64,000 nt of DNA from Spirochaetia bacterium. GTDB taxonomy: Bacteria > Spirochaetota > Spirochaetia > SZUA-6 > Bin103. The notes under the pieces are model-generated. The model saw nothing but the letters and a program-made list of their open reading frames with translations, did no database searches and was not told where the DNA came from. Shown here piece after piece: positions 51,983 through 62,020 of the stretch; position 1 is the first letter of the stretch, and each line of letters begins with the position of its first letter. The position numbers were made by a program, and so were the translations under genes. The stretch covers positions 192,001 through 256,000 of the forward strand of contig CBDAOI010000001.1 in NCBI GenBank assembly GCA_965198005.1. The letters are read 5' to 3'.

Positions 51983-53078
51983 CTAAAAGCCCATCTCCCG
52001 CTTCAGGTCCTGGTCCACCCAGAGGTACATGAAGACGGTGCTTCGCTGCATCGCGCCGAGATCGCCTTCCCGGTTGTAGCCCTTGATCCACGGCTGGGTA
52101 ACACCGAACAGGGGAGCAATCGGCCCCCTGATCATCCACAGCTGCTCGGCGACGCGCAAGTCGGCCTTCCGCACCCACTCCTTCTGCTCCTCTATCGTGG
52201 TGGCGGTCAGCACGTTCTCGTAGTACTCGTCGAACACGAGGTCGTTGTTGTCCGAGGGACGCCAGCTATTCTTCGACCAGTATGACGTAAGCGGCGAATA
52301 GGGACTGTTATACTCGGCGGCCCATACGTCGCTCCGCAGACCGAGGTAGGTCTGCTCCGCGGAATTCTGGAGGTGTTCCGCGCGGGCAACTTCCTGGATC
52401 TCGACGTCGATGCCGATCTGCCACAAGGTCGGGGTTGGTCTTCCGAAGATTTGCCGCCGCATCGACACTGGTGAGATGTGAGTTGAGCCCGAACCCAATC
52501 CAGTCCGCCTGTCCCGAGCGCATCAGTGAGGTGATGGCTGTCGGGTCGTTGACGATGATGTACTCGACGGTGTCCGCGTAGGGCAGGCGATTGTCGGGAT
52601 ACTTCGGGTCGAAGCCCCAGTAATCATCGATCCTGGTGTAGGTCCAGGAGCTGCCCTCCACCACGTCGGTCAGCTGGTAGGGCCCCGTTCCGGTCACGTT
52701 GCGCCAGTCTTGGATGTCCCCGAATTGCTCGACCACCTCGCGGGCGACGATGTACCCATGGTCATCCACAAGTATGCGGTTCAGGGCGGTGAGAGCGGGC
52801 TCTTTCAGCTTGAATACCACCGTAGAATCGTCGGTAGCGGTAACCGACTCCCACTGTATTTTGCAGATATCAGATATCAAAGGCCCCCGTGCATTCCGGG
52901 CTCGACTCGCCGCCGTCCACCCCGAAGAGGAGCCGCTGCCCGCTGTAGGCGACATCGTGCGCGGTCAGCTGCCGGCCGTTCACCGGCGCCTTGTCGTGCC
53001 AGAAGACGCCGTCGCGGATCCTGAACACGTAGGTGAGCGGATCCGGGTCCTCCCAGCTCTCGGCCAGTTGTCCGGTGC
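51983..53078 (-). pseudogene. SBP with 5' and internal deletions
   Basis: TGQLAESWEDPDP…KTNPDLV|QIGIDVEIQ…DQDLKREMGF. Confidence 0.85.
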
Positions 53079-53252
53079 CCACGGCTCGGCGCGGACGGCG
53101 CCGCCAACGCCGCCTCGGGCGCGCGTGGTGCGATGGGTGTGGATGTCGAAGGGAGGCGCTACGTCGGCGGCGGCGCTAATGGCGAACGAGCGATAGATGC
53201 GGCTCGATGATCGCTCCGGAGTTGCCGGGCACTTGGATACTCGGTCACGCCC

Positions 53253-53265
53253 GGGGGGGGGGGGG
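53253..53265 (+). repeat. poly-G tract (G13)
   Basis: direct read. Confidence 0.9.
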
Positions 53266-53507
53266 TACAGGGCATAAGCGCTAACTTAACTTCGTTCGCG
53301 CACACGCACGAGGCGGCGTGGCGGTGGCGAAAGCTGAAGGATGCCGGCGCCGCGGTGATCGAGCGCGAAGACATCTGGGGCCGACCCGTCGCACCTCGCC
53401 TTGCTGAGTGGGGTGCACGGCCGCCCGCGCGCTGGCGCGTGGCCACCTCCGTGGTCCCAGACGCGCATGCCCGACTGGGAGCCGCATGCAGCCGCAGCGG
53501 GGCTGTC

Positions 53508-54413
53508 TTAGACCGACGTGGCGCCGTCGGCACCCAGACGCCCCCCAGCACCCCTGAGCCTCGGGTCAAGCAGGTCCCTCACCGCATCACCGAACATGTT
53601 TAGACAGTAAACGACAATAGTCAGGCAAAGACCGGGCAAGAGAGCCAGGCGTGGCGCCGCCTCCATATACTTACGCCCTTCCCGGCTGAGCATACCTCCC
53701 CAGCTAGGAAACTCGACTGGCAGACCGAATCCGAGGAAGCTCAGAGAAGCCTCAGAAATAATCACCCCCCCGATGTTGATGCTGAATATGATGATTACGG
53801 GAGCCGCAATATTGGGCAGGACATGTCGGATAAGTGTCCTCCATTTTGAGTTGCCAATCGCCTCCGCCGCCTGAAAATAGACTTTCTCTTTGACACCGAT
53901 AACGGCGCCTCTGACTACTCTTGAGCTGCCGATACCTCCTGATATACCCAGGACCAGTATCATCTGTGGCAGACCCCGCCCCAGTATGGACATTATCGTT
54001 AACAACAGGAGCAGTCCCGGGAAAGCCATCCAGGCATCGACGAATCTCTGCACAGCCAGATCCAATTTACCGCCAAAGAATCCTGAAATGCCGCCTATCA
54101 CGACAGCGATGACAACGTTGAGAGCTGTCGATGCCAGACCGACAACTAACGAAAGACGAGCACCGTGGATAAGGCGGCTCAATAAGTCTCGCCCCACGTA
54201 GTCGGTACCCAGGAGATACCGGGCTGATGGGCCCTGCATCCTGTCTACCAGGTGTATTTCCATATAACGATAAGGAGCCAGAGCATCGGCGAAGATAGCT
54301 ATAAGAATCAATATCAATACGATAATCCCGCAGGCAGTACCCAGTGGCTTCTCCTTCCGCAGCTTGGTAAAGAAATCCGCCAGCCGGCCCCGTCGCTTGG
54401 GCTCGTTATTCAT
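53508..54413 (-). CDS. DppC/OppC-like permease (AT-richer module)
   Basis: paralogue of 19044-20039. Confidence 0.92.
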   Translation of the reverse strand: MNNEPKRRGRLADFFTKLRKEKPLGTACGIIVLILILIAIFADALAPYRYMEIHLVDRMQGPSARYLLGTDYVGRDLLSRLIHGARLSLVVGLASTALNVVIAVVIGGISGFFGGKLDLAVQRFVDAWMAFPGLLLLLTIMSILGRGLPQMILVLGISGGIGSSRVVRGAVIGVKEKVYFQAAEAIGNSKWRTLIRHVLPNIAAPVIIIFSINIGGVIISEASLSFLGFGLPVEFPSWGGMLSREGRKYMEAAPRLALLPGLCLTIVVYCLNMFGDAVRDLLDPRLRGAGGRLGADGATSV

Positions 54414-55365
54414 ACCGCACGCTCGGGTCTAAATAAGGATAGATCAGGTCTATTATTAGATTGATCCCCATAACCGCGGTGGCGAAAAACAGGTTTATTC
54501 CGGAGACCACCGGGTAGTCTCTCGCGTTGAGTGCATCTAGCATGAGACGCCCCAACCCCGGCAGGTTAAATATGTTCTCCATGATAACGGAGCCACCTAC
54601 CAGGATGGGCAACTGCATGCCGATCAGGGTAACTACCGGGATGAGCGCATTTTTGACGGCATGTCTCACAATAACTACCCTCTCCTTGAGACCCTTGGAC
54701 CAGGCCGTCCTGATGTAGTCCTGCCGGAGCACCTCCAGCATCATGGTGCGCGTCATCCGCATTGTGGCTGCAGCCGAGGCCGTCCCCAGAATCAGGCTGG
54801 GAATGATGAACATGCTGAGATTCCCCAGTGGGTCTCCCGTGAAAGAAACCAGCTCCATCGGTGGCGACCAGCCCCACCAGATTGCCGGGTAGATCATGAC
54901 CATCAGGGCCAGCCAGAAGTTAGGCGTTGCCAAGCCGATGATGGCGAAGGAGCGCCCCAGGTAGTCAGGGGCGGTATCCTGACGAATCGCCGAGTAGATG
55001 CCGACGGGCAGGGCTATCAAGAGGCCGATCACCACCGCCAGGAGGCCCAGCTCAATGGTTACCGGCAATCTATCTAATATCCTCTCCTCTATCGCATAAC
55101 CGCCAAACAGTGATTCGCCAAGGGTGCCGTGCAGGAAGATGCCTCCTAACCAGCGTCCATACTGTACGTAAACAGGCATGTCTAATCCCAGCACACGCCT
55201 AACAGATTCACGGTCAATCCCTCCGCCGACAAGCCCTTCCATCCTTATCTCCATTACGTTTATTACGTCGCCGGGGATGAAGCGGACCGAGAGAAAGACC
55301 AGGATGCTCAGGATGAACAGGGTGGGGATGATCAGCAACAACCGCCTGATGATATAGGCTTTCAC
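54406..55365 (-). CDS. DppB/OppB-like permease (AT-richer module)
   Basis: paralogue of 20049-21047. Confidence 0.92.
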   Translation of the reverse strand: MKAYIIRRLLLIIPTLFILSILVFLSVRFIPGDVINVMEIRMEGLVGGGIDRESVRRVLGLDMPVYVQYGRWLGGIFLHGTLGESLFGGYAIEERILDRLPVTIELGLLAVVIGLLIALPVGIYSAIRQDTAPDYLGRSFAIIGLATPNFWLALMVMIYPAIWWGWSPPMELVSFTGDPLGNLSMFIIPSLILGTASAAATMRMTRTMMLEVLRQDYIRTAWSKGLKERVVIVRHAVKNALIPVVTLIGMQLPILVGGSVIMENIFNLPGLGRLMLDALNARDYPVVSGINLFFATAVMGINLIIDLIYPYLDPSVRYE

Positions 55366-55460
55366 GGGGACACCTTATTCAATGAGTGAGGGGCTGGGAG
55401 GCGCGCTCCGAACGCAACCTCCCAGCCCCCTTTCCACGTAGGTCAGAAGGGGTGACCTCC

Positions 55461-57314
55461 CTAGTGACCCATTGCTTCCTTCAGCTCCTGGTCAATCCAA
55501 AGGTGGACGAGGACGTCACGAACGCCCGACTCTTCCAGCATCATTTCACCGTTAAAACCTTTGACCCATGGCTGGTTCGCCTGAAACAGTGGAGCCATAG
55601 GACCCCATATCTGATTGTGCTGCTTTATTAGGAGCATATCATACTCTTTAAATGCCTTGAGCTGCTCCTCATGGGTGGTAGCGGCGAAAAAGGCATCATA
55701 GGCGGCGGTCAGCTCAGGGGTCTCGATTCCGCCCGAGTAATCGCGAAGTAACTGGATTGACCCTCGATAAAAGCCTACCCATATGGATGGTAATATATGT
55801 TGGGCCATGTCGCCAGTGCTCATGTCCCAACGAAGTAGGTCTTCCTGGGGGACATCCTCGGTACGCGCGCCCACACCCCTGCGCTCGAACGCCCAACCTT
55901 GCGTGTCATATATCTCAATCTTTACACCAACGCCAATCTCCTCCCAGTAACCGACAGCTATTTCTCTATAGCCTAAATCTATGATGTCGCGGTGGTCATA
56001 GTCGACCTTGAATCGAACGCCGTCCGCGCCCCGCGGATATCCAGCCTCATCAAGCAGCTTCTCGGCAGCTTCCGGGTCATAGGTATAGTATTGCTTGAGC
56101 TCTTCGGGATAGTCTTCAAATGTGGTGACATATGGCTTGACGGCAATCCCCCCCATAGGTTCCCACCTTGCATAACCGCCGAAGTAGGTATTGTTAATCG
56201 TTTCGAGGTCCAGTGCCATCTGCAATGCGTGGCGCACCCTGATGTCGTCAAACGGCGGCTTGCGAATGTTCAGAGTAAAGGCGTTAAACGACCGCTGGAA
56301 ATATGGCCATATCTCGATTTCGGGGTTCGTCCGCTGGAGGCTCCCTACCACGTCGAGGGAATTTATAGCGGCGCCGCCGCCGGCTTGACTTATTATGTCA
56401 ACCTTACCCGTGCGTAGTGCCGACAGACGTGTTGCTTCTTCGGGCATAAGCAGGGCCCTCATCTTGTCAATATAGGGCAAGCGGTTCTCCGGGTATTTTG
56501 GGTCGTAGCCCCAGTAGTCAGGATTCTTGTCCCAGGTGATAGAGACGCCTTCGACATAGTCCGTCAGTATAAGGGGCCCGGTGCCGACCACGTTCTTCCA
56601 TTCCTCATAGTTGCCGTATTTCTCGATTACCTCGGGGGGTAATATCCACTGCATACCTTCGCCGATGATAACTCTTAGCGCATTGAGGGATGGCTCCGTC
56701 AGCTTGATAACAACCGTATATTTTTCGGTGGCCTCGATCGATTGCCAGGGCAGGTCGATCGCTGCGTAACTCATGAGCGGACGTTCGGTGAAGTCGCCCA
56801 GAGCGTTATTACGCTGATAGGTATATACGACATCATCGGCTGTGAGTTCCCGCCCGTTTACTAAGCGGCTGGCCTCACTGTCTTGATCAAGGGCGTAGTG
56901 AACACCCTGACGGATGTGGAAGATGTAAGTCAGTGGGTCGGGACTTTCCCAGCTTTCAGCCAGACGTCCTACGTAGGCAAACATAGGCAAGTAAGTGTTT
57001 CTAAAGTCACTTACCTTCCTATCTATTCCCCAGTCCGCCCAGGCGAGATGCTCATTAACCGAGCCGATTAGGTGTTGAGCCGCGCCGCCAGCTTGAAACG
57101 GGTCAGTAGTCTCCCCAACAAGTGTGTGGGGATAGGTCAATGTGCCGCCGTATTCTGGCGCGGTCACCGCCTTGCCGGTCGTGGGGTCGGTCACGTACTT
57201 CTTGTCGGCGGCTACTGCCGGCTCCTCTTCAGCGCCGCCGGCCCATAGGCCGGTTGCGGTCAGGACGAGGACCAACGCAACCGCGAAGGTCTTCGTCATT
57301 CGTACAATATTCAT
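55461..57314 (-). CDS. family 5 ABC solute-binding protein (AT-richer body)
   Basis: TATGLWAGGAEE signal region, APEYGG, LAESWE, GTGPL, PFDDIRVRHAL. Confidence 0.92.
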   Translation of the reverse strand: MNIVRMTKTFAVALVLVLTATGLWAGGAEEEPAVAADKKYVTDPTTGKAVTAPEYGGTLTYPHTLVGETTDPFQAGGAAQHLIGSVNEHLAWADWGIDRKVSDFRNTYLPMFAYVGRLAESWESPDPLTYIFHIRQGVHYALDQDSEASRLVNGRELTADDVVYTYQRNNALGDFTERPLMSYAAIDLPWQSIEATEKYTVVIKLTEPSLNALRVIIGEGMQWILPPEVIEKYGNYEEWKNVVGTGPLILTDYVEGVSITWDKNPDYWGYDPKYPENRLPYIDKMRALLMPEEATRLSALRTGKVDIISQAGGGAAINSLDVVGSLQRTNPEIEIWPYFQRSFNAFTLNIRKPPFDDIRVRHALQMALDLETINNTYFGGYARWEPMGGIAVKPYVTTFEDYPEELKQYYTYDPEAAEKLLDEAGYPRGADGVRFKVDYDHRDIIDLGYREIAVGYWEEIGVGVKIEIYDTQGWAFERRGVGARTEDVPQEDLLRWDMSTGDMAQHILPSIWVGFYRGSIQLLRDYSGGIETPELTAAYDAFFAATTHEEQLKAFKEYDMLLIKQHNQIWGPMAPLFQANQPWVKGFNGEMMLEESGVRDVLVHLWIDQELKEAMGH

Positions 57315-57800
57315 AACGAACTCCATAGAGTAGTTTTTTGAGAGTATTGCGTAGCGGATTACCGCTCCCTGGCTACTCTCGGGCCCGCAACGCGGACGGC
57401 CAGTCTGAGTCAGATTCACTAAGCGCGCGGGGTGTGACTCTACGGGCTCACGCCGCGCGCGCGTGCGGTTCTTTGAGTATCATTCGAACCTCCTTCTTCT
57501 CTAGATCTACGTCGGGATCTGCGTTACAACCCCACGCGGGGCGGTGGCCGGCGAAGCAGCGAGTCTGAATGGCCGGCAACGCCGGCGGTGAGTTTTGCCG
57601 GCAGTCAGTCGCAGGCGGGGATCCGGGACGGTTGCGATCGCCGGGAAGGGCGTGGCCGGTCCGCATGCCGGTTTGGCGATGGGCCGAGCCGGCGCAACCG
57701 ATAGCTATAGCTACGGCGGTGGTGAAGGCGCCCGCGTGCGCGGGGTCCCGTACGCGGCGATCAGCCGGAGCGGTTAGTTGTTTGTCGGTTCGAAAAAAGT

Positions 57801-57813
57801 GGGGGGGGGGGGG
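57801..57813 (+). repeat. poly-G tract (G13)
   Basis: direct read. Confidence 0.9.
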
Positions 57814-57834
57814 ATGCACCGGCTGTGTCACTGC

Positions 57835-58465
57835 CAACCGACCACTGCGCTGACTGTCATCATGGCGCTTCATCGGCATCCGTTCGATCCCCGAACTCCC
57901 TATCGTCACAGGCTCGCCTGACCATGTCAAGCGCGGACTCCGGCCTTTCCGGCCGCCCGCCAGCGTAGCCGCCACCGGAGGTGGTGACGTTGCGGTCACC
58001 GCCAACGGGCGACTGCGCTGACTGTCATCATGGCGCGTCATCATCGATCCGTCGAACCCCAGGCGAGGCCAGCTTGCTACGGACGCGGCCACCCTGTCAA
58101 CGACTCGGAGGTCAACGAACGTCACTGCCAACGGGCGACTGCGCTGACTGTCATCATGGCGCGTCATCATCGATCCGTCGAACCCCAAGCGAGGCCAGCT
58201 TGCTACGGACGCGGCCACCCTGTCAACGACTCGGAGGTCACCGACCGTGACCGCCAGCCGGTCACTGCGCTGGTCGTCGCGGCGTTTCGCGTCGGACCCC
58301 AAGCGAGGCGAGCTTGCTATGGACGCGGGCACCCTGTCAACGACTCGGAGGTCACCGACCGTGACCGCCAGCCGGTCACTGCGCTGACTGTCTTGATGGC
58401 GCTCCATCCGCATCTGATCAACCCGAATCAACATGTTCCACGGGCGACTCAGAAAAGTCAACAGC
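57835..58465 (-). repeat. second tandem array of five ~115-170 bp units, each with a -35-like box
   Basis: actgcgctg anchors at 57843, 58011, 58137, 58263, 58377; TTGACN at 57925, 58095, 58221, 58335, 58456; same family as 16790-17445. Confidence 0.85.
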
Positions 58466-58627
58466 GCCCTTTGAACTGCTGGGCATCCATTCGGACGGTG
58501 GTGGGGAGTTCATCAACGCCCATCTGCTGCCACATCTGTGACGTCGCAGCAGTGGCGCGCACCAGCGGGAGGGTCGGGAGCTCCACGAAGTCATCAGGGC
58601 CTGCGGGGAGCACCGCAGTAGATTAGG

Positions 58628-59203
58628 TTAGCGGGGTGCGCTGGAAGTCGCTTTCCGCCATCGGCCGGCCGTCGGATGAGGGGTAGTGGACCTTGGCAGG
58701 AGCGAGCAGCGGGCTGGCCATGGGCTATCCTCCATTCCACCATAGCATACCACAGGTCAACTGTCGAGCGCACCCCAAGCGACACCGGCAGCACCGCCGC
58801 CGCGGAGCCGCGGGTCGAGCAGGGCGCGTAGGACATCCCCGGATCGATTGGGCTGATCGCGCTTGACTGCGGGCCATCGTCGCCGAAGAGGTCGCCACCG
58901 CCATCGGCCGGCCGTCGGTGTACTGCCGACCCTCACGGCTCAGCATCGTGCCCCAACTCGGCACGTCCGGCGGCAGCCCGAACCCCAGAAAGCGATCGGA
59001 TCTCTTCAATCGTTGTCTCACACACGACAGTGTCGACCTCCTCCGCCGTCCTCAGCCTTTGAGGCAGCGAAGAGCAGGTTGATCCCAGAACGGGTAGTCG
59101 CGATCGATCAGGGCACCGATCATCAGCCGTCCCAGCCCGGGGATGGCGAACATCTGCTCCATGATCACCGCGCCGCCGACGATGATCGGTAGCTGCAGAC
59201 CCA
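58628..59203 (-). pseudogene. mosaic of Uma2 5' end, dppC and dppB scraps
   Basis: MASPLLAPAKVHYPSSDGRPMAES; FLGFGLPPDVPSWGTMLSREG; GGAVIMEQMFAIPGLGRLMI. Confidence 0.75.
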
Positions 59204-59274
59204 CTAATTTAATTTCTTGATCTCACGACGCGCGTGATGTTACTTTGTTACAAAGATACGTTGGAGGTGGCGTG

Positions 59275-59850
59275 ATGCCAGTCATTCGCATTTCGGCGCA
59301 AGCGCTGGAGCGCCTCAAGGAGTGGGCGGAACCGCTCACGGACACCGCGGAGTCGGCTCTCGTCAAGGTTCTGGACGCCGCCGGCCATGAATCCTCGCCG
59401 GCTGCGGACCGGGGCACGGCTGCCCCCGATCGACGGGCAACGCGACCGCGCAGCGGAAACCGCCTTAGCCTGGAGGAGCTCCGTCAACCGCTCATGGAGA
59501 CCATCTACGAGATGGGCGGTTCGGTCCGCGCCGGCGCGTTGCGTCCCGTCATGAGGGAGCGCTTGTCCGGCCGTCTTTCTTCTGATGACCTCGAGTCGCT
59601 CTCATCAGGCGAGGAACGATGGTGGAACGCCACTCGATGGGAGCGCCGCCAGTTGGTGGAGGAGGGCTTGCTGCGGAGTGATTCGGAGCGCGGCACGTGG
59701 GAGCTCTCTGAGAAGGGAGCGAGCCTCGTCGAAACGTCGTTCGAGAAGATGCCGGCGAGCTTCATCGATCATCTCCTTGCGCTGCCTGACGTAGGCGACG
59801 ATGCCGACTTCGACCAGCCGCGTTCGGGGCCGCGACCGGTTGAACCGTGA
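59275..59850 (+). CDS. Mrr N-terminal-like winged-helix protein with a VapB-like tail (putative antitoxin)
   Basis: GEERWWNATRWERRQLVEEGLLRSDSERGTWELSEKG; C-terminal SFIDHLLALPDVGDDADF; GTGA overlap with vapC. Confidence 0.7.
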   Translation: MPVIRISAQALERLKEWAEPLTDTAESALVKVLDAAGHESSPAADRGTAAPDRRATRPRSGNRLSLEELRQPLMETIYEMGGSVRAGALRPVMRERLSGRLSSDDLESLSSGEERWWNATRWERRQLVEEGLLRSDSERGTWELSEKGASLVETSFEKMPASFIDHLLALPDVGDDADFDQPRSGPRPVEP

Positions 59851-60275
59851 AGTATCTCCTCGACACGAATGTGGTTTCCGAGCTGCGCAAGCGTGATCGC
59901 GCCAACCAGTTCGTCACCACTTGGTTTCGGGAGCGCAAACCCAGGGAACTGTTCCTGAGCGTCCTGACATTGGGGGAACTGCGGCGCGGTGCCGAACGTG
60001 TAGCCCGCCGCGACCCGCGCTCCGCCGTCGCTTTGCGCGCCTGGCTGGACCAAACCCGTACCCGGTTCCGGGAGCGTATCGTGAACGTGGATGGCACGGT
60101 GGCGGATCAATGGGGGCGGCTCGGCATTGTCGATCCCCTGCCGGACATCGACAGCCTCCTCGCCGCCACCGCACTGGTGCACGGAATGACCGTCGTGACG
60201 CGAAATGTCCGTCACATCGCTCCAACCGGAGCACCGCATTTCAACCCGTTCGAACCCACAACAGATCCCGACTAG
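59847..60275 (+). CDS. vapC: VapC PIN-domain toxin
   Basis: YLLDTNVVSE, SVLTLGELRRG, IDSLLAATALVHGMTVVTRN. Confidence 0.9.
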   Translation: MKYLLDTNVVSELRKRDRANQFVTTWFRERKPRELFLSVLTLGELRRGAERVARRDPRSAVALRAWLDQTRTRFRERIVNVDGTVADQWGRLGIVDPLPDIDSLLAATALVHGMTVVTRNVRHIAPTGAPHFNPFEPTTDPD

Positions 60276-60519
60276 ACTAGACTAGACTATGGGGCGCGTT
60301 CGAACCGGCCCAGCGGACGAACCCTGTGCGCCGATGGCAATCAAGCCTCCAACCCGCGACAGCGCAACTTCCTCGGAGTGGAGTCCATGTACTCGTTTGA
60401 CGGGCAAACTGTTGTATGTCGGCGGCGTGCCGGCGCAGCAGCTCGGCGACATCTTCGGTAGTGCAATTGGTTAGGGAAGGGGGGACATGTACTCCGTAGC
60501 TTCGAGAGAAGGGGAGGGC

Positions 60520-61507
60520 TCAGCGCGATCGTTCCAGCTTCTGCAGCGCCTTCGTTGCGCGCTCGGCGGCGCGCGCGCCTACCCCGCCGCCGCCGGCCGC
60601 CGCCGCCGCCGCCGCCGCGCAGCCGCGGGTCCAGCAGGTCGCGCAGCGCGTCGCCCACCATGTTCAGGCAGTACACCACCAACGTCAGCGCCACCCCCGG
60701 CCACATCGCCAGCCGCGGCGCCATCTCCATGTACTGGCGCCCCTCCCGGCTCAGCATCGTGCCCCAGCTCGGCACGTCCGGCGGCAGCCCGAACCCCAGA
60801 AAGCTCAAAGACGCTCCGCGATGATCGCCCAGCCGATCGTGATCGAGTAGATGATGATGATCGGCGCCGTGATGTTCGGCCACACGTGGCGCAGCAGCGT
60901 CCGCCACGACGGGCTGCCGATCGCATGCGCCGCCTCGAAGTACGGGTTGCCCTTGATGCCGATCACCGCCCCCCGCACCACCCGCGAGTTGGCCACCCCG
61001 GAGGCCAGCCCCAGCATGCCGATGATCTGCGGGATGCCCTGGCCGATTATGGTCATGATCGTCAGCAGCAGCAGCAGGCCCGGGAACGACATCCAGGCGT
61101 CCACCAAGCGCTGCACCGCCAGGTCGAGCTTGCCGCCCACGAACCCCGCCACCCCGCCGATCAGCAGCGACACCACCACGCTCAGAGTGGTGGCGGCGAA
61201 CCCCACCGCGAGCGACACCCGCGCCCCGTACAGCAGGCGGCTGAAGAGGTCGCGGCCGATGTGGTCGGTGCCCAGCGGGTAGGTGCTCGACGGCCCCTTG
61301 AGCCTGTCGATCATGGTCATGTCCATGAAGTGGAACGGCGCCAGCAGGTCGGCGAAGATCGCGACCAGGCACAGCAGCAGCACGATCGCGCCGCTGACCG
61401 CGCCCACCGGCCGCTCCCTGACCAGCCGGCGCAGCAGGTCGCGCAGAAACGACTGGCCCTTCGCCCCCTTCGGCCGGTAGCGCCTGCGGCGCGGTCAGGT
61501 CACCCAT
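60520..61507 (-). pseudogene. dppC with frameshifts
   Basis: same +1 near the start as the 42703 copy, plus a frameshift near 60812. Confidence 0.85.
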
Positions 61508-61676
61508 AACGGCTCCCGGTCCGAAAGTGCCGGCCGCCGTGCCCGGCCGCGTGCGTCGTTGTCATCGTCGTCCGTGTCACGGAGTAACCGTGCCCTGGTC
61601 CGAAGGTGCCGGCCAGCGGGCAACGCAAGTGTTTCGATTTCATCGTCTTCCATGTCACGCAGCGACCGTGTCCCCT

Positions 61677-61827
61677 CACCCGTACTGGACGCGAGGGTCC
61701 AGGTAGGCGTACAGCACGTCGACCAGCAGGTTGATGACCATGACCGCGACGGCGAAAAACAGATTGATGCCTGAGATGATCGGGTAGTCGCGATCGAACA
61801 GGGCGTCGATCATCAGCCGTCCCAGCC
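61677..61827 (-). pseudogene. dppB 3' fragment
   Basis: LGRLMIDALFDRDYPIISG…DPRVQYG. Confidence 0.8.
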
Positions 61828-62020
61828 GCTTGTCGGGGTGGACGATGGCGGTCTGCAGGATGTCGTGGTGGTAGCGTACGGTGCCGTTCTTGGTGGCGGT
61901 CAGACAGCACTCACAGTTCACCTGGTACGAGCTGAAGTACTGGGAGCCGTCCATGGTGATGAGGTAGCGACCGTCGAGGAACTGGTAGTGCTGCAGCCAT
62001 TTGGTGTACTGCATGCGCTG
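61828..62020 (-). pseudogene. DDE transposase fragment (family uncertain)
   Basis: YLITMDGSQYFSS…CECCL…YHHDILQTAIVHPDKR. Confidence 0.6.

Noticed and set aside
57448-58461. 337-aa repeat protein
   Set aside because: It is the translation of the tandem array and G tract; the paralogous array at 17 kb does not keep a continuous frame.
57835-58465. CRISPR array (also considered for 16790-17445)
   Set aside because: Units are homologous along their whole length, with no identical short repeat plus unique spacer pattern, and no cas genes are present.
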